64,000 nt of DNA. It comes from Octopus vulgaris. Lineage: Eukaryota. How positions within the stretch are numbered: position 1 is the first letter of the stretch; every line of letters begins with the position of its first letter. The position numbers and the translations under genes are program-made. This document shows, in pieces, positions 38,051 through 53,295 of this stretch. The notes beneath the pieces are model-generated. The model was given only the letters and a program-made list of their open reading frames with translations. It was not told the origin of the DNA and ran no database searches. The stretch covers positions 157,852,001 to 157,916,000 of the forward strand of contig OX597816.1 of the NCBI GenBank assembly GCA_951406725.2. The letters are read 5' to 3'.

Positions 38051-41000
38051 CTAAAATAAACAAAATTAAAACTAATTAAACACAGGAAACTAGAAGTATT
38101 AAAATGAAGAATTTTCCTTTTATCTTTTTGGTACCAACCCACCTCAGACTATGCAAAACTTCTTTTAAAATGTTCCTATCTAAATTAAAAATCTTCCAAC
38201 CTAATTTTATGTAAGAAATTTATTTTTTTAATTATGTTCCAAACATCATCAGCTTAATAATGAAAATGTAGGCTATTTTACTAAATTCCTTCAAATTCTT
38301 CATTATTTAGGAAAATACTGAAACGTAGTAACTTCCCATTAGAAATATGGTTTATAAAAGTGCTACAGAAGTAATAGTTGGAGAACAGCTGATTATATTT
38401 CCCTCAGAAATTGATTGATATTTCATTTTATCAACACCAGAAGGAGTTTCACACCTTGATACTGTCAGTGTGCGTGTGTAGTAAAGGTGCCCAGCTTAGT
38501 AAACTATATTGGAAACATGGGTTTGACTCCTGGACTGCGTGTTGTCTCTTTAACACATAATGCATGACAGGCCACGATTGTGGCTGTCAGGCACAGGTCG
38601 ACAGGCCATGATTGTAGCCCAGATAGACATTTAATTTATGGGCGTTTGTTGGGGTATAATGTCACTCAAACGCTCCGATAATCCCCAGAATGCAAGAGGA
38701 CTAATAGTTCAACTGATGACTTTTCAGATGATGTAAAACTTGACACCATTATATACTAAGAAGATATTTTAACTATTTTCGTGTTTTTTATGTATGCATG
38801 GTAGTCTCATTTTCATAAAATGTGCTCAGCAGTCCATGCTATGTAAGTGCAAATCCCAGCGTTTTATGGGTTAAGCTTGGCCCTAGTTTATTCAGCTGAA
38901 AAATGAGTATCAATTTAGTACTGGTGTAGACTTCTGTACCTCCAGCTCTCACATCCTTGATGCTCTGCTGAGCATGGATGAGTAGGCTAAGAGAGTGTCT
39001 ATGGCTGCTCACAACTGCATGAGCTTCTAAAACAATTGGCAAAAGCAAAGTACATGTTCCCAAGTCAATATACACTTGATAGTGATGGCTATGCTTTTGA
39101 CTTACGTGTGTGTTTCCTTTGTACATGGATACCAATGGTCAAGCCTACCAAGTTCTCAGTATCAGGTGTAATAATATAACTTACTGCTATTAGTTAGTGG
39201 AAGCAGGGTTGTCAAAAAACGTGAATTGTTGGATTGAAGTCATCATCAACATTTCCGTTGTTTTAATGTCAACTTTTCCATGCTTGAATGAGTCAGATTT
39301 TCTACAGTTGGGTGCCCTTCCTGTCACCAGTCCTCACCCTGTTTCCAAGTAAGGTAATATTTCTCCATGAAATATTACCTTTTATATATATATATAAAAC
39401 TGAAAGAGGCCTATCATATATACATGATAGGCCTCTTTCAGTTTCTATCAACCAAATCTACTTAAAAGTCTTTGGTTGGCCTAGCGCTATAGTAGAAGAC
39501 ACTTGCCCAAGGCGCCACCCAGTAGGACTCAATTTGAAATGCTGTGGCTAGGAAACAAATTTCTCACTACACAACTACAGCTGCATCTAGTGCTGAGTTC
39601 AGCTTTTGTTGCAACAAGTTACTGCGATAGACCCACATCTTACAAGAAGGTGATTTGTCTCATTTAATACTAGAGAACTTAGGTAGATATATTGGCCCCT
39701 ATGGTGTCTTGTATTTCAAGAAAAGACTAACTTAGCTCCAACTACAGTTTAAAGTTTTCTTTACAAGTGGTAGCTAACCCTATTTATTTATTCCTCAAAC
39801 TACATGGGGACATACATTCAGAGCTTTGGTTTAATTTCTTCAACAAAGTACTTGAGAGGTCCACTTTCTCTTGATAGGAAGCTAGTGCCCGGAAGTGCTG
39901 ACACTAGACTCCTACAATTATGTAGAATTAAGTGCCTTGCCTGAATTAGATCAGATTTCATCTTATAATTTGCAAAAGCATGAAGACCAATTAGTCAGAT
40001 CGCTATGTTGCTTCTATATATAATTGTATGCGAAAAACGAACCATCTCAATTCTGGCATCTGATAACAAACTAATAAGTTACATTGGTATGATAAGGAAC
40101 TCTATAGACAATATCTTAAAAAACAACAATAGATTTTGTTGTCTTGAAAAGGTCATTGTTGTTTGACCCCATGTCAGACCTATTCAAGATCTATTATTAA
40201 AAGGTATTTCAGCTGTAACAATTGTCTTACTCAATGTAATACTACACTGTTTAATGGGGTCCTGTTTTACCTTTTTTTTTTTTGGATAGCATGTTATGAT
40301 ATGAGGGAGGTTTGACAGCTCATTTTTAGCAAATTGAGTGAATGCATAAAGGGTTTCTTATTGGTAATTTGATTATGTTTTAAGTCTTAGTATTATTTCC
40401 CTGCTAACTTGTAACACAATGATATACTATATATATATATATAACTATACATACACCCACAACAGGTATATACACCCATTACTGGTGTCACAATGTATTT
40501 CTGTTTTTAGGACAGAGGATTATTCCTCTAATAACAGAACTTGATCAATTTTATTAAAAAATCATTACACCCATAACCATACAATTGCATATACCGTAAG
40601 AACTTTTTTTCCGCAAAAACAAGAATAAATTTTAGTGTGTGCATAAATTACATGAGTAGATTGCTTACAGAATTTTTTTTAGAAATTTTTTTTTGTTGAA
40701 AAATGTAAACATTCATACTGAAAGTTGACTCATTTAATGTCAGAAAAGGTTTTTACAGAAAAAATATAATGAAGTTGACTTTTATTTATGCTGTATAATG
40801 CTTACTTTTTCTGTGTAAATTTATAAAAAAACCATTAAATGGTTAACTACTTTTTGAAGTTTGATGTTCATACTGGTAATCACGGTCTGGGCCATATTTT
40901 ACATTGTTTGGGGTTTCTACCTATCGCAATAGAGCCCAGCAATTTCCTTAAATAGATCAGGAAGCTATCGCTCGCTTTCTCCACATTAGGACAATGAAAT

Positions 41001-43374
41001 TCATCACTGCCAATATCGCCACTACCAGCTCTTACTGCATCTGATGACATCATAATTCATCCTTGTGCGTGTAAACTCACTAAGTGAATATGACTTAGCA
41101 TTCCTCGAGAAACCTTCATTTACCTTATGCGATGTTTAATGTCATTTCACATTCATGTTGAATTATGCAGCAATCTTATGTTCTCTTCATAGAACACTTG
41201 TAATGTATGCCTTACCAGTTCTTTTGGTATAGTAGATTTTTGTTATTCTTGTTTATGTCTCCTCACAGACATGTATATTCTAACAAGTCGCTTGTTAAAT
41301 TTTGCACCTCTCTTGTTCAATAAACACTGAGTTAAACTTGCAAAGCTGTTTATTTTCTCCTTTAGATTTTTAATGTTTATTTTAGCGGGTTACCAAACTA
41401 TCAGTTTGTTCTCCCAACTAAAATGGTAATGACAAATTTTGCTTGACATTTTATAAGTATGAAAGGGATTAAAATTTCGATACTCCATATCAAAGGTTCA
41501 CACAAGAATAGGCAGAAAATCAGAGCTTGAGACAAGTAAACACTTTCGACCAATCAAAATTCTGCTTACATAATTAGTTTGATGGATCACTTTCCTCTGT
41601 CAGTTGAGTAAAGTGTCATCCAAACTGATGTTTATTGGTAATTAAACTTGTGCATATTTACCAGCTTTGTTTTTGTTGATAAGAATTATCAACAACTTTT
41701 CCTGTGATCGTGATATGAGAAAAGTACCATCCAAACGTAGTCAATGCCAGTTCTCCCTGACTGGCTCCCATGACGGTGGCTTATAAAAAGCACCCACTAT
41801 ACTCTTGGGGTGGTTGGTGTTAGGAAGGGCATCAAGCTGTAGAAACCTTGCCAGAAACTGTCCAACCCATGCCAGCAAGGAAAGCAGACATTAAATGATG
41901 ACGATGATGAAGTAGAAAGGTATTTCTTACTTAAAGAATATCATATGTCATTGATCAGATTGTAGATTCAATCAAAACCTCTGTGATGATATCAAATGTT
42001 ATATTATTAACATGATATTACAACAGATATGAATATAACAGCATGATTCCAATAGGACTCAAACTTATGTTGTCTGTGCTAAGTTGCTATTCAATATTGA
42101 ACTGCTGCACCCACGTAAAGCTAAATTTCAATATATGTCACAGTACCACGCAATGGCAAGTGAAACAAAAAGAATTTTCTGTTTACATAAGTGAAATTAC
42201 TAAATTTCTATAATGGTAGATTCTTTGTGTAAAGAAGAAATTAAATCTATACAATGTCAGAATGGAGAGAAGAGGAAAAATGATCAAAGCTGGTTGGATT
42301 CATTGGAATTATTGGAGAAACAGAATAATTCTTGGTGATAAAAACATCAATATATTTGTTTAGTAGACTGTATCTCAAACATGAATGTAGCTGTGCCACA
42401 TGAAGAGTACCAGAGCTGGTACCATGTAAAAAAACATCCAGTACACTATAAAGTGGTTGGTGTTAGAGAGGAGATCCAGCTATAGAAACTATGCCAAAAC
42501 AGATGATTGCAGCCTGATGCAGCTCTCTGGATTGCCAGCTCCTTTCAAACTGTCCAATTCATACCAACATGGAAAACAGGCATATGATGATGATGATGAT
42601 GACGACAATTATGAATATACTGGATAGTAAAAAAATTCTCTTGGATGGGAAAAGACAGATTTGAACCATGTATTTACTGTATTGCAGACTCAGTAATATG
42701 TTTATTCTGAAACAGAAGAGTCAGAAATCAAGCCAATCTAAGCCATGAGAATGATGATAATGATGTTCCTTATCATGGTGAGCTATATAGAATTTTTATC
42801 TTTTATCAGATTGAGCTTGTAGTCACTTGGTGTCGTTGACTAAATTTGATCAATTTTATTTGATAGGATGGACATATATGAGATAAGTGGGGGCTAGTCT
42901 GAACGCTCACCATCAACTTACAAGTTGTCTGACACAATCTTGGTTATGTTGACGTTTACAATATAAAGTTCAGTGGTCATACAGTTTTCATTGTGGTTCC
43001 TCTTGCCGGAAGATTGAAAAACAATAAACAGGTGGTTTTCATTTCAATGTTTTAACTGTTACATTGAATAGGAGAAGCAATTATGTAACAACCTCTTCAT
43101 TGGTTTGTGATTAAGTATTAAGTAAATTGAGTTGACATTTTTATCCCTTTATCACCTCTGCTTGCCAATTCATTATATTAATTGCTTTTTACATTAATCA
43201 TCCACAACATAGAAGCACTGGAATTTGAAAAACTGCTAAAAGTAAACCTTAGATCATATATCTGACTTCAATTCATGTCTTTGATTGTGAATCCCTAAAC
43301 CAGATCTTAGAAATGTCTTTAAAGTCCTCAAAAGGAACTTGAAAGCCAGTTCCTAGCTCTCCAGAAGGATAAAA

Positions 43375-43610
43375 GTTAAGGCGGTGAGCTGGAAGAATCG
43401 TTAGCACACCGGGTGAAATGCTTAGCGATATTTCGTCTGCCGCTACATTCTGAGTTCAAATTCTGCCGAGGTCGACTTTACCTTTCATCCTTTCGGGGTT
43501 GATTAAATAAGTATCAGTTATGCATTGGGGTAGATATAATCGACTTAATCCGTTTATCTGTCCTTGTTTGTCCCCTCTGTGTGTAGCCCCTTGTGGGCAG
43601 TAAAGAAATA
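43375..43610 (+). mobile_element. Young full-length tRNA-derived SINE with a Meta-SINE-like core and a 12-bp TSD. Other copies: 48071-48475, 50263-50495 (-), 51331-51548, 55163-55330
   Basis: ggcggtgagctgg.agaatcgttagcac...gagttcaaattc (B box)...cctttcatcctttcgggg...; TSD agaaggataaaa at 43363-43374 and 43611-43622. Confidence 0.9.
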
Positions 43611-46600
43611 AGAAGGATAAAAATTCTCCCTCAACAGAATGCCACTCTTCCACCAATAAAATGATTTGGTATTCCTGGTAATTATATTAACAAAGGCATG
43701 TAGAATAAAGTGCCTTGCCTAGAAACACAATGAAAATGTTAACAACGAGAAATTTAGAATTGCTCATGTAATGTTCTATCCACCTAGCCATTTAGCAACC
43801 ACTGTTCTCAAATATTCATACAAAAATCTTGCACGCCAATTATACGTCAATGCAAGATTGTTTTATTGTGTACATATCAAGCTATCTGATTAACTGTCAA
43901 GCAAGTTTTCAGTGTGTTTTATATCTTGTGTGAGTTAACAGTCAAAACACATCAAAGTCAGGGATTAATGGTCGAAATTTCTACACAGACAAGAGAGTGT
44001 ACATAATATCAACACTTGACAACCAATTTATTAACTTAATTAGTTTAAAGACATATTTGTGAGTTGAAACAACAACAACAAAATCTAGCTAAGAATGTTA
44101 ATAATAATACTAAACAACAATGGTACACAAGTGATTATAAGTGGTGTCTGATTAATCACCAACTTAAAAAGGTTGATTACTCCTAAACTTTGATATGTTC
44201 ATGACAATATAAGGATAATAATGATTTCTAAGACAGACAGAAGGCAACAGATGTTGGGAAAGGAACAGTCAATTTAATTTTAAATGCTCAACCAGTGCCA
44301 GTATGGAATGTGGATACGAAATGAAAATGATGATGGTTCAATATCTGATGGGTGATTATTTTGTCAGATCTCAAAAGGATGAAAAATGAAGCCAGTCTTG
44401 GCTGGATTTGAACCCAAAAGCAATGGGACACAAACTAAACATCACAAAGCTTTTTAATTTTTTTTCCATATTGAGTATTTTAAAGATAAACACAAGGACA
44501 CACATTTGGACAAGAGATCTGTTAATAAAATTGACCCCAAGTAAACCATAGCTGGCAAACAAACACAGCTAAACAGGAAACTACGGAAGTGGCAGTTTTT
44601 CCTCGTTGCAAACGTGTGTAACAGCGAAGTAGGGTGTCTTTTACTTTTTTTTAGTTTTGCTTTTTGACATTGAGTATTTCAAAAATAGACACCAGGACAC
44701 ACATTTTTAGAAGTGAGACTAGTCAATAAAACTGACCCCAGTCAATTCATCCAACTCACTAGATTTAGTATTTGAAGAAAGGTTAACAATAGTGATAGTT
44801 GGGTTTTGACATGTTTCATATAACATCAGAAGTACTTATTTTTCATTTAATATCAATGGTTTAGAATGCGCACTTTTAATTAAGCACTTTCATTCCATTT
44901 GAGTGCACTTCTGCAACTGAAACAGTTCTTAAGTATTCAAAGTTGCCTATTAGAACCATTTAAAAAAAAATTTAATTAATAACCTCTTATCTTTCATCTT
45001 AACAGTCATGACTACATCCAATTAGATTATACCAAAGATGTACTGAAAAGTTTTGAAAAATCTAAAGCAAAGCTTTTGGCTTGATGTTTCTTCAATGTTT
45101 TCCCTTCTGCTTTTATAACTGATAAGATATAAAAGGAAAAAAAATTACTTCTTTCACTTTTTCTCTTTTGAAGAAACTATCTTTTTTCCATGCTAGACTG
45201 AGTAGAAAAGAAAAATTGTTTTCTCAACTGCTAACTACTTAATCATGCCAAGTAAGCAAAGTGAGGTAAACAGAAATAAAGAAAAACTTTAAGGAAGCAA
45301 CTGATGGTTTACATTGATATCCATCAATTCTGAGATTTGAAATTCATCTGTCTTTGAAATTCATATTTCATAAATGAGGTAAATATCATCATCATTTAAT
45401 GTCCATCTTCCATACTGGCATCAGTTGAACGGTTTGACAGGAGTTAGCAAGCTGGAGGACTGCACCAAGCTCTAGCATCTGTTTTGGCATGGTTTTTACA
45501 GCTAACCACTTTACAGGGTTTTAATGCCAACCACTTTACAGAGTGGACTAGATGCTTTTTACAAGGAACTGGGTGATCTTTGCTTGGCACTAGGTACTTT
45601 TTACATAGTTATGTGTTTTGATTAAGGATATTATAACAGATGGCTCGGAGAACTTTTAATTATGTGGCCAGTGGTTCAGCAACTTAACCTTTCTGTTACC
45701 ATATTTCTATTGAAACACACTGTCATGGCATCATTTAAAAACAAATAATTTAGTAAAGTAACTGTGTTATTATTAAACTGGAGATTAGAACATAAATATG
45801 AAATTTTGATGAAAGGTTTTAATTTAGAACTATTGGAAAAAAGAATTTTTGTACCCTAGTATCAAAGACAGCCTCAGGTGAGTTGGTATGAAAGGGGTTA
45901 CCCTCACTGCTAGGACTGCAGTGATAGAGAATGAAATTTTGTTTAAGAATTTTAACTTTGCTACTAAAGTAAAATGTCTAAATAAATTTTTTTTATGCTA
46001 CCATAAGAATCCCTTCCAAGTTTAATTTAGACATTTGGTGGGTAATTACCAAAACAAAATAAAGAGTCAGGAAATAATTTTGACAAAAATAAACAAACTA
46101 GTATTTTATGAGTAAGAAGAAAATTCTAGGGAAAATCTCTTTTGGGAAGGAAGGTTATAGAATAGCGTAGGTTAGCAAGTTGAAGAAAAGAAGATGCAAT
46201 GAGACATTTTGGGTGCAGGCAGGATGGAAACGGGAAGTGCAAAGGTTGTTATATTAAACAAAGAACAAAAAATGGTTGCACACACACGTGCTTAGGAGCA
46301 AAGGGAAAAGTTCAGACTCAGTTCCAAAACCATCTCAGGAACTCGTGATTAAAAGGAGTGTACACCAAATAGATGAGAAAACTATTGTATGGAGGTGGGT
46401 TGTATCAACCAGCAAATAGTTTCATCTTTGTCATATATATCATTGTGATTAATAATAGTAAAAGAATCCAGTTGTAAAATCATCACTTGTTAAGAAAAGA
46501 AAAATGCCACGAGTAACATATTATTACACATCAGCTGCTGTAAAAGCTGTTTACTGGTACAATTTGTATTAATCATGAAAGTAGGAGAGGAAAATAGATA

Positions 46601-47034
46601 AGAACTGAAATTATGACGTGAAATGCATAGTAAGTTATTTGTTGGTGGAAAGTTAGTTCACAAGACCAGAAAGCTTTAAACAAGATAAGGTTCAGGGGAG
46701 TTGCACAAACCTCTTACACAAGTATCAACATTGAAAACGTTTGTTAAAACAGACTAGCTTCACAAAATATTAAATGTCAATGTTGAAGGCGTCATCATTG
46801 ATGTCATCATCCGCTGTTGCAATTTCACATTCTACCTCTTGTAAATCTCAATGAATTTATACCAGTTAGGAGAGGGAAAAAAAATTGCAATAGGTGCAGA
46901 CATCACAATGTGGTTAAGAAGTTTGCTTTGGAACTATATGTTTATGGTTCAATTCCAAGGCAGACTACAGCCACAAGCTAACCAATATTTTATTTCCTAA
47001 GTGAATTGTTTGATGGTAACTGCGAGAAGTCCCT

Positions 47035-47077
<43 letters not shown>

Positions 47078-47379
47078 ACATGGATGTGTTGAGTCTTTCC
47101 CAGCCTTGACATCTGTTTGCAGATTAGAAACAAGATCTCTATTCACAAAGTGTCATTGTTTACAGTCTCCATCCCCCACCCCTTCACAAAATAAATGAAA
47201 CAAGTCCAGCCATTGTGCTGTTCCTTGTTTGAAGGAACAAGTGAAGTAAGAGCCAGCTTGAAAACAGGTGAGGGGAATGAAGGTGTAAACAAGTGTATCC
47301 AACAGTAGGAAATCTACCTCAACAAGTTTTTGGTTCACTCAGGCAAGTCTAGAAAAGTCAATGATAAAACTATGTAGAA

Positions 47380-47625
47380 AATGATGATGAGAATGGTAGT
47401 GGTGGTGATGATGGTGGTGGTAATGATGATGGTGGTGGTGGTGATGATGGTGGTGGTGGTGATGGTAATGATGATGGTGGTGGTGGTGATGGTTATGATG
47501 GTGGTGGTAATGATGGTGGTGGTGGTGGTGATGGTTATGATGGTGGTGGTGGTGGTGATGGTTATGATGGTGGTGGTGGTGATGATGGTGGTGATAGTGG
47601 TGGTGGTGGTGATGATGATGGTGAC
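47380..47625. repeat. (GGT/GAT)n compound trinucleotide microsatellite; a similar tract lies at 51005-51105
   Basis: Seen directly; explains the poly-T/I and poly-V/M ORFs. Confidence 0.95.
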
Positions 47626-48655
47626 AAAGTATGTGATCTGGTGTCCATTTCTAGGCAATCTGAATCTTACAATCGATCAGGTTTCAATGCTTAATTGTTA
47701 TAACCCCCATTTACATCATTTATTCCTCACAAACAAAATGGGGCTATCAACAAGCTGAAGTAGTTTAGTCCCAGATCCACTCTGCCTTTCAGCTCACTGG
47801 AGTTGTTAAAAGAGTACCAACAAAGAATTAAGGTTAATTTAATCCTCAAAATGTTTGGTATTGTGCCTGTGATAGAAATTTTCATTATCCTCCTAATGTT
47901 GACTTTTACTGTTCATCCCTTCTAAGTGCTAGGACCAAATTGTGCTTTTGTACCAATATAAAAGATCAGTCATCATCAGTATCATCACTATAATATCAAA
48001 TAGAGAAATAATCATCATCATCATCGTCGTCGTCGTCGTCGCCACCACCATCATTATTATTATTATTATTAAGGCGGCAAGCTGGCAGAATCGTTAGCAC
48101 GTCGGGCGAAATGCGTAGCCGTATTTCGTCTGCCGTTACGTTCTGAGTTCAAATTCTGCCGAGGTCGATTTTGCCTTTCATCCTTTCGGGGTCAATAAAT
48201 TAAGTACCAGTTATGCACTGGGATCGATGTAATCGACTTAATCCGTTTGTCTGTCCTTGTTTGTCCGCACTATGTTTAGCCCCTTGTGGGTAATAAAGAA
48301 ACAGGTATTTCACCTGTCGCTACCTTCCGAGTTCATATTTCACTGAGGTTGACTTTGCCTTTCATCCTTTTGGCATCAATAAATAAGTACCAGTTGAGCA
48401 CTGGGGTCAATGTAATCGACTTGCACTCCCCCCACCCCCACACACACGATTGCTGCCCTTGTGCCAAAATTTGAAACCATTATTATTATCGTTATTATTT
48501 ACTGCAAATTCTGTTGGAGGTAGCTTTACATTTTTGGACTCTAAGTCAATAAAACAAGTACCAGTAATATACTAATTGTTGATTTAATTGCTTATACTCC
48601 TCTGACCAAATTTGTGGCTTTTTATCAATGTTATAGATTATTGTTCTTGTTGTTG

Positions 48656-48699
<44 letters not shown>

Positions 48700-49549
48700 A
48701 GAGCAGTGGTGCAAAGATAATTTCTTTTTCATTATAGAGAAATTAATTCATATCAGAACTACATGCCATAAAATTAATAATTAATTGCCAATCAACTTGG
48801 TAATTTTCCACTAAATTGCTCTGCTTTGAGGATCTGACAATCTACACAGGCTAAAAACTAAATAAGATCCTTGTCTAAGTACATCATAGTATAGCACCTG
48901 GAGTATGAATTCAAAACTTATGAGGTCAACAGATCAACACCTTACCTTTGAAGAAAGGTAATGAAAATAAGAATGTCAGAATATATTAATTAACAAGTGC
49001 AATCAGTTTGGGAGGAGAGGTAAATATACCAAAACTGAAATTTGTCAACAAGTTTTAATAATAAGATTTTGACAAAATAAGCATAGGCATGGCTGTGTGT
49101 GATAAGAAGTTTGCTTCCCAACCACATGGGTTCAGGTTCAGTCCCACAGTGTGACACTTGGGTGTTTTCTACTATAGCCATGGGCTGACCAAAGCCTTGA
49201 GAATGGATTTGGTAGGCTGAAATTGAAAGAAGCCCATTGTATGTGTGTGTGTGTGTGTGTGTGTTGTGTTGTGTTGCTCTCTGCTTAACTTGACTTCGTG
49301 TGACAGTTGTGAGTGTCACCGACATACAAGCAATGTCCTTTGTTTCCAATCTTCAGTGAAAATATGTCTGGCTACCTGGAAATATTACTTTACTTGGAAA
49401 TTGGTGAGGAGTGGCAACAGGAAGGACACCAACCTGTAAAAAATCTGCCTTAACAAATTCTGTCCGACCCATGTGAGCATCAAAAAGTGGGCATTAAAAT
49501 GATGACAATGAAAATGATGATGTCTGTGAGTTCCATTCTGACTTATATC

Positions 49550-49775
49550 CAGGGCTGTGGAGTCAAAGGAAAAAACTTTGACTCCGACTCCTCTACTATT
49601 GACACCTCCAACTCCTCTTTATGTAGTAAAGTGATTGTGGTCTACATATCTCAAAGCATATGCATACGCTTGTACTTTGAGTAGGCCTATATGTTATAAC
49701 TGGTTTATATTAAAGAATAAAGACATTGTGAGTCGGAGTCAGTATAGTTTTACCGACTCTGACTCCACAACCCAG
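49550..49775. mobile_element. hAT-like MITE with subterminal gactcc repeats
   Basis: Termini cagggctgtggagtc / gactccacaacccag; perfect 8-bp TSD cttatatc at 49542-49549 and 49776-49783. Confidence 0.85.
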
Positions 49776-52149
49776 CTTATATCAATATAACTTCTTTTTT
49801 TACATGCTAGGACCAATAAATCAACAATCAGACTGAATAAACAGAATGTAGAGGGAGCATGGTATGGAGTGTTAAGCTGACAGGATACATTTTATAGCTG
49901 CTTCCCAGCTCATCACTTTGATCCTGAAAAGGCTACACACCAATATGACCTTACTAGAAACAGTTAAAACAAACTAAAAAAACTACCAGAACAGCTAAGG
50001 CCAAAATATCCTACAAAGTTTTAAAAAATACATCATCAACAACAACAACAACGTTTTAAGGTCTACTTTTTAGACAGAGCTTGTTGAGGAAGATTTTGTA
50101 CAGCTGGATGCTCTTTCTGTGGCCAACCATTACCTGTTTTCAAGTAAGGTAATATTCACAGAAGGCAACACACATCTACAACAATCATGCAATATATCAA
50201 GGCAAGGTGACAGTAACACACATACACACAGAGACATGTAAGACAGGCTTCTTTCAGTTTCTTATTTCTTTATTGCCCTCAAGGGGCTAAACATAGAGGG
50301 GACAAACAAGGACAGATAAAGGGATTAAGTCGATTATATCAACCCCAGTGTGTTACCGGTACTTAATTTATCAACTCCGAAAGGATGAAAGGCAAAGTTG
50401 ATCTTGGCGGAATTTGAACTCAGAACGTAACAGCAGATGAAATACCAGTAAGCTTTTCACTCGGCATGCTAACATTTCTGCCAGCTCGCCGACACCTTTC
50501 AGTTTCTATCAACCAAAACTATACACAAGCCTTTGATCAATTCAGAGCTATAGCAGAAGACGCTTGCGCAAGTGTCACACAGTGGGATGGAACCCAGGAC
50601 CATGTGACTGTGAAGTAAACTTCTTACCACAGCCATACATGTAGATTAAAATAGAAAAAAAAATGAAATAAAAACCCTGACTATATTTATTGTTTATACT
50701 CATCCTCTTGGTAAGATAGCATGAATGACATGCACTCATGATTGGTAATTCATAGGAAAGATGACCTGCCCTACCTCACAAAACATTATGTAATGAAAAA
50801 AAAATCTAATAAAAAGTATTAATAAAAACAAAAAAATAATGTAACATGAATTAGCAAATATCTGGAGTAGAAATAACTCTGTAGTCTCAACTGCAATTTC
50901 ACTTAGCACATATTTTCTGGTATGTGTTAATGAGAATAAATGCTCTGAAAAGATCAGGCCTGATGTTGGCAATCATTATGAATCTTGTAAACACTATATA
51001 ACAGTGATGGTAATGATGATAATGATGATGATGGTGGTGGTGATGGTAGAGGTGGTGGTGGTGGTGATGGTGGTGGCAGTGATGATTGTCAATGATGGAG
51101 GTGATAGTTAGTGGTTTCTTTCTTAACCAACAGTCTTAGATTTTACAAATTAAAAAAATTGGAGTTTAAAAATATAATGAACACACACAGACATAGCTGT
51201 GTGGTAAGAAGCTGGCCTCCCAAACACTTCCTAGTTCAGTCCTACTGCATGGTATCTCAGGCAAGTGCCTTCTACTACAAACCTAGTCTAAAGCCTTGTG
51301 AGTGGATTTGGTAGACAGAAACTGAAGAAGTTACGGCGGTGAGCTGGCAGAAACGTTAGCACGCCAGGCGAAATGCTTAGCGGTATTTCGTCTATCTTTA
51401 CGTTCTGAGTTCAAATTCCGCCGAGGTCGACTTTGCCTTTCATCCTTTCAGGGTCGATAAATTAAGTACCAGTTGCATACTGGGGTCAATCTAATCAACT
51501 TAATTCCTTTGTCTGTGCTTGTTTGTCCCCTCTATGCTTAGCCCCTTGAGAATAAGTAACCGGCTTAAGAAAAACAAGTACTGGGATTGAGAACCCCTGA
51601 GTGCCCCAGCATAGCCGCAGGCCAATGACTGGAACACATATAAGAAAAGATAAAAGGTAACAGTATATGTGTATTTTGTTGGGCTATGATGACTCTACCA
51701 CAATACAGGGAAAAAAGGGTTCCTTGAAAATATCTCTACTGAAGACAAACAATAGCATTAGTTCAGATTATAGTGCAGTATCAGTTACTTCTACCTACTT
51801 TCTAAGTACCCCTATCAGTTACTCCAACTTCCTGTTTCCTCAAACACTTGAAACTGGGACAGGAAACAAAACCCTTTATTGATCATGTTTAATAAGGTCT
51901 AATAAGGAGTATGTTTGTTAGCTGGGTGCTTGGTTCAACAGGCAAAAGTGATATGCGTACAGCTTCACGGCACAATGTTCTATGATACATTAATATGATA
52001 GAGATACATTTATATATATATATATATCAGCATATGGGTGTGTGTGAAAGAGAGTGAGAGAGAGGAGAGGAGCTATTTGGACACACGAATAATAAACAGC
52101 TGAATAATGACAGCATCAGATTTTACAAAGTTCTTTAAAAAATCAAATA

Positions 52150-52188
<39 letters not shown>

Positions 52189-53254
52189 CTGTGTGTGTGC
52201 ACATCTGTGTTATAAAGAGAGAGGCGAGTCTTGGATATTTTCAGGCAGGAGTTCTCTTTACAGAAATGAAAAGTGAGTTGGAAAGTTAGACAATAAGTAG
52301 GTGGGAAGTCAAAGTATAAAGTGAAGAATTAAAATATATAAAAAAAAAAGCACCTAGGGCAGGTGTCTGCTATAATAACCTCAGACTGACCAAAGCCCCG
52401 TAGACGGAAACTGGTAGATGGAAACTGAAAGAAGCCTGTCGTGTGTGTGTGTGTGTGTGCATGTGTTTCACCCACTATTGCTTGACAAGTGATGTTGGTA
52501 TGTTTACATCCCTACAACTTAGCAGTTTGATTTGATTGACTAATAATCCAATGTGGTGCTCCAGCATGTCTTCAGTCAGATGACTGAAACACGTAAAAGA
52601 TGAAAGACAAGAATAGGATATAAAAGAATCATTACATACACAAACTAATACTATTAAAAGAAAGAACTTCTGTGGTCCCTCAACCCAATAAATCACCATC
52701 CAAAATCTCCCCCATAGTGTTCATAAGAGGATGGACACATTAGATTAGTGGTTTGCAAATAGGGTCCATATAAAATTTTCTTGTTAAAGTTTATGTGCAA
52801 GAGATTGGTTAAACTTCTACCAAACATAAAATATATTAAAAGAATGTATGCCCAAAAGTAGGTGGGCATAAGAAGTATAAATGTGTACAGAAAGATTAAA
52901 AAGATTATATCTAACACACCCACACTCACAAATACATGCACACACGCATGCACGTACGTGCGTACTTAATCATGCAAACACGTTTTCATTCTTGTTCCCC
53001 AAACAACCCTGCATATATACACCTAAATCGTATGCTCCTTCTTTCTCCCACCACACACACATACATGCACACACACATACATGCACACACACACAAAGGC
53101 AGTGTCCCATACACATATATATATATCACATGATCATGTGATTGAGCAGGCTGTTGAATGCTATTATACATCGCTAGTCACAATGCACTTTGCATCGTTT
53201 TAGCTTTCTAATGAGGCCACCCTACTGACTAAGTCAGCAGGCCAAAATACATAC

Positions 53255-53295
<41 letters not shown>

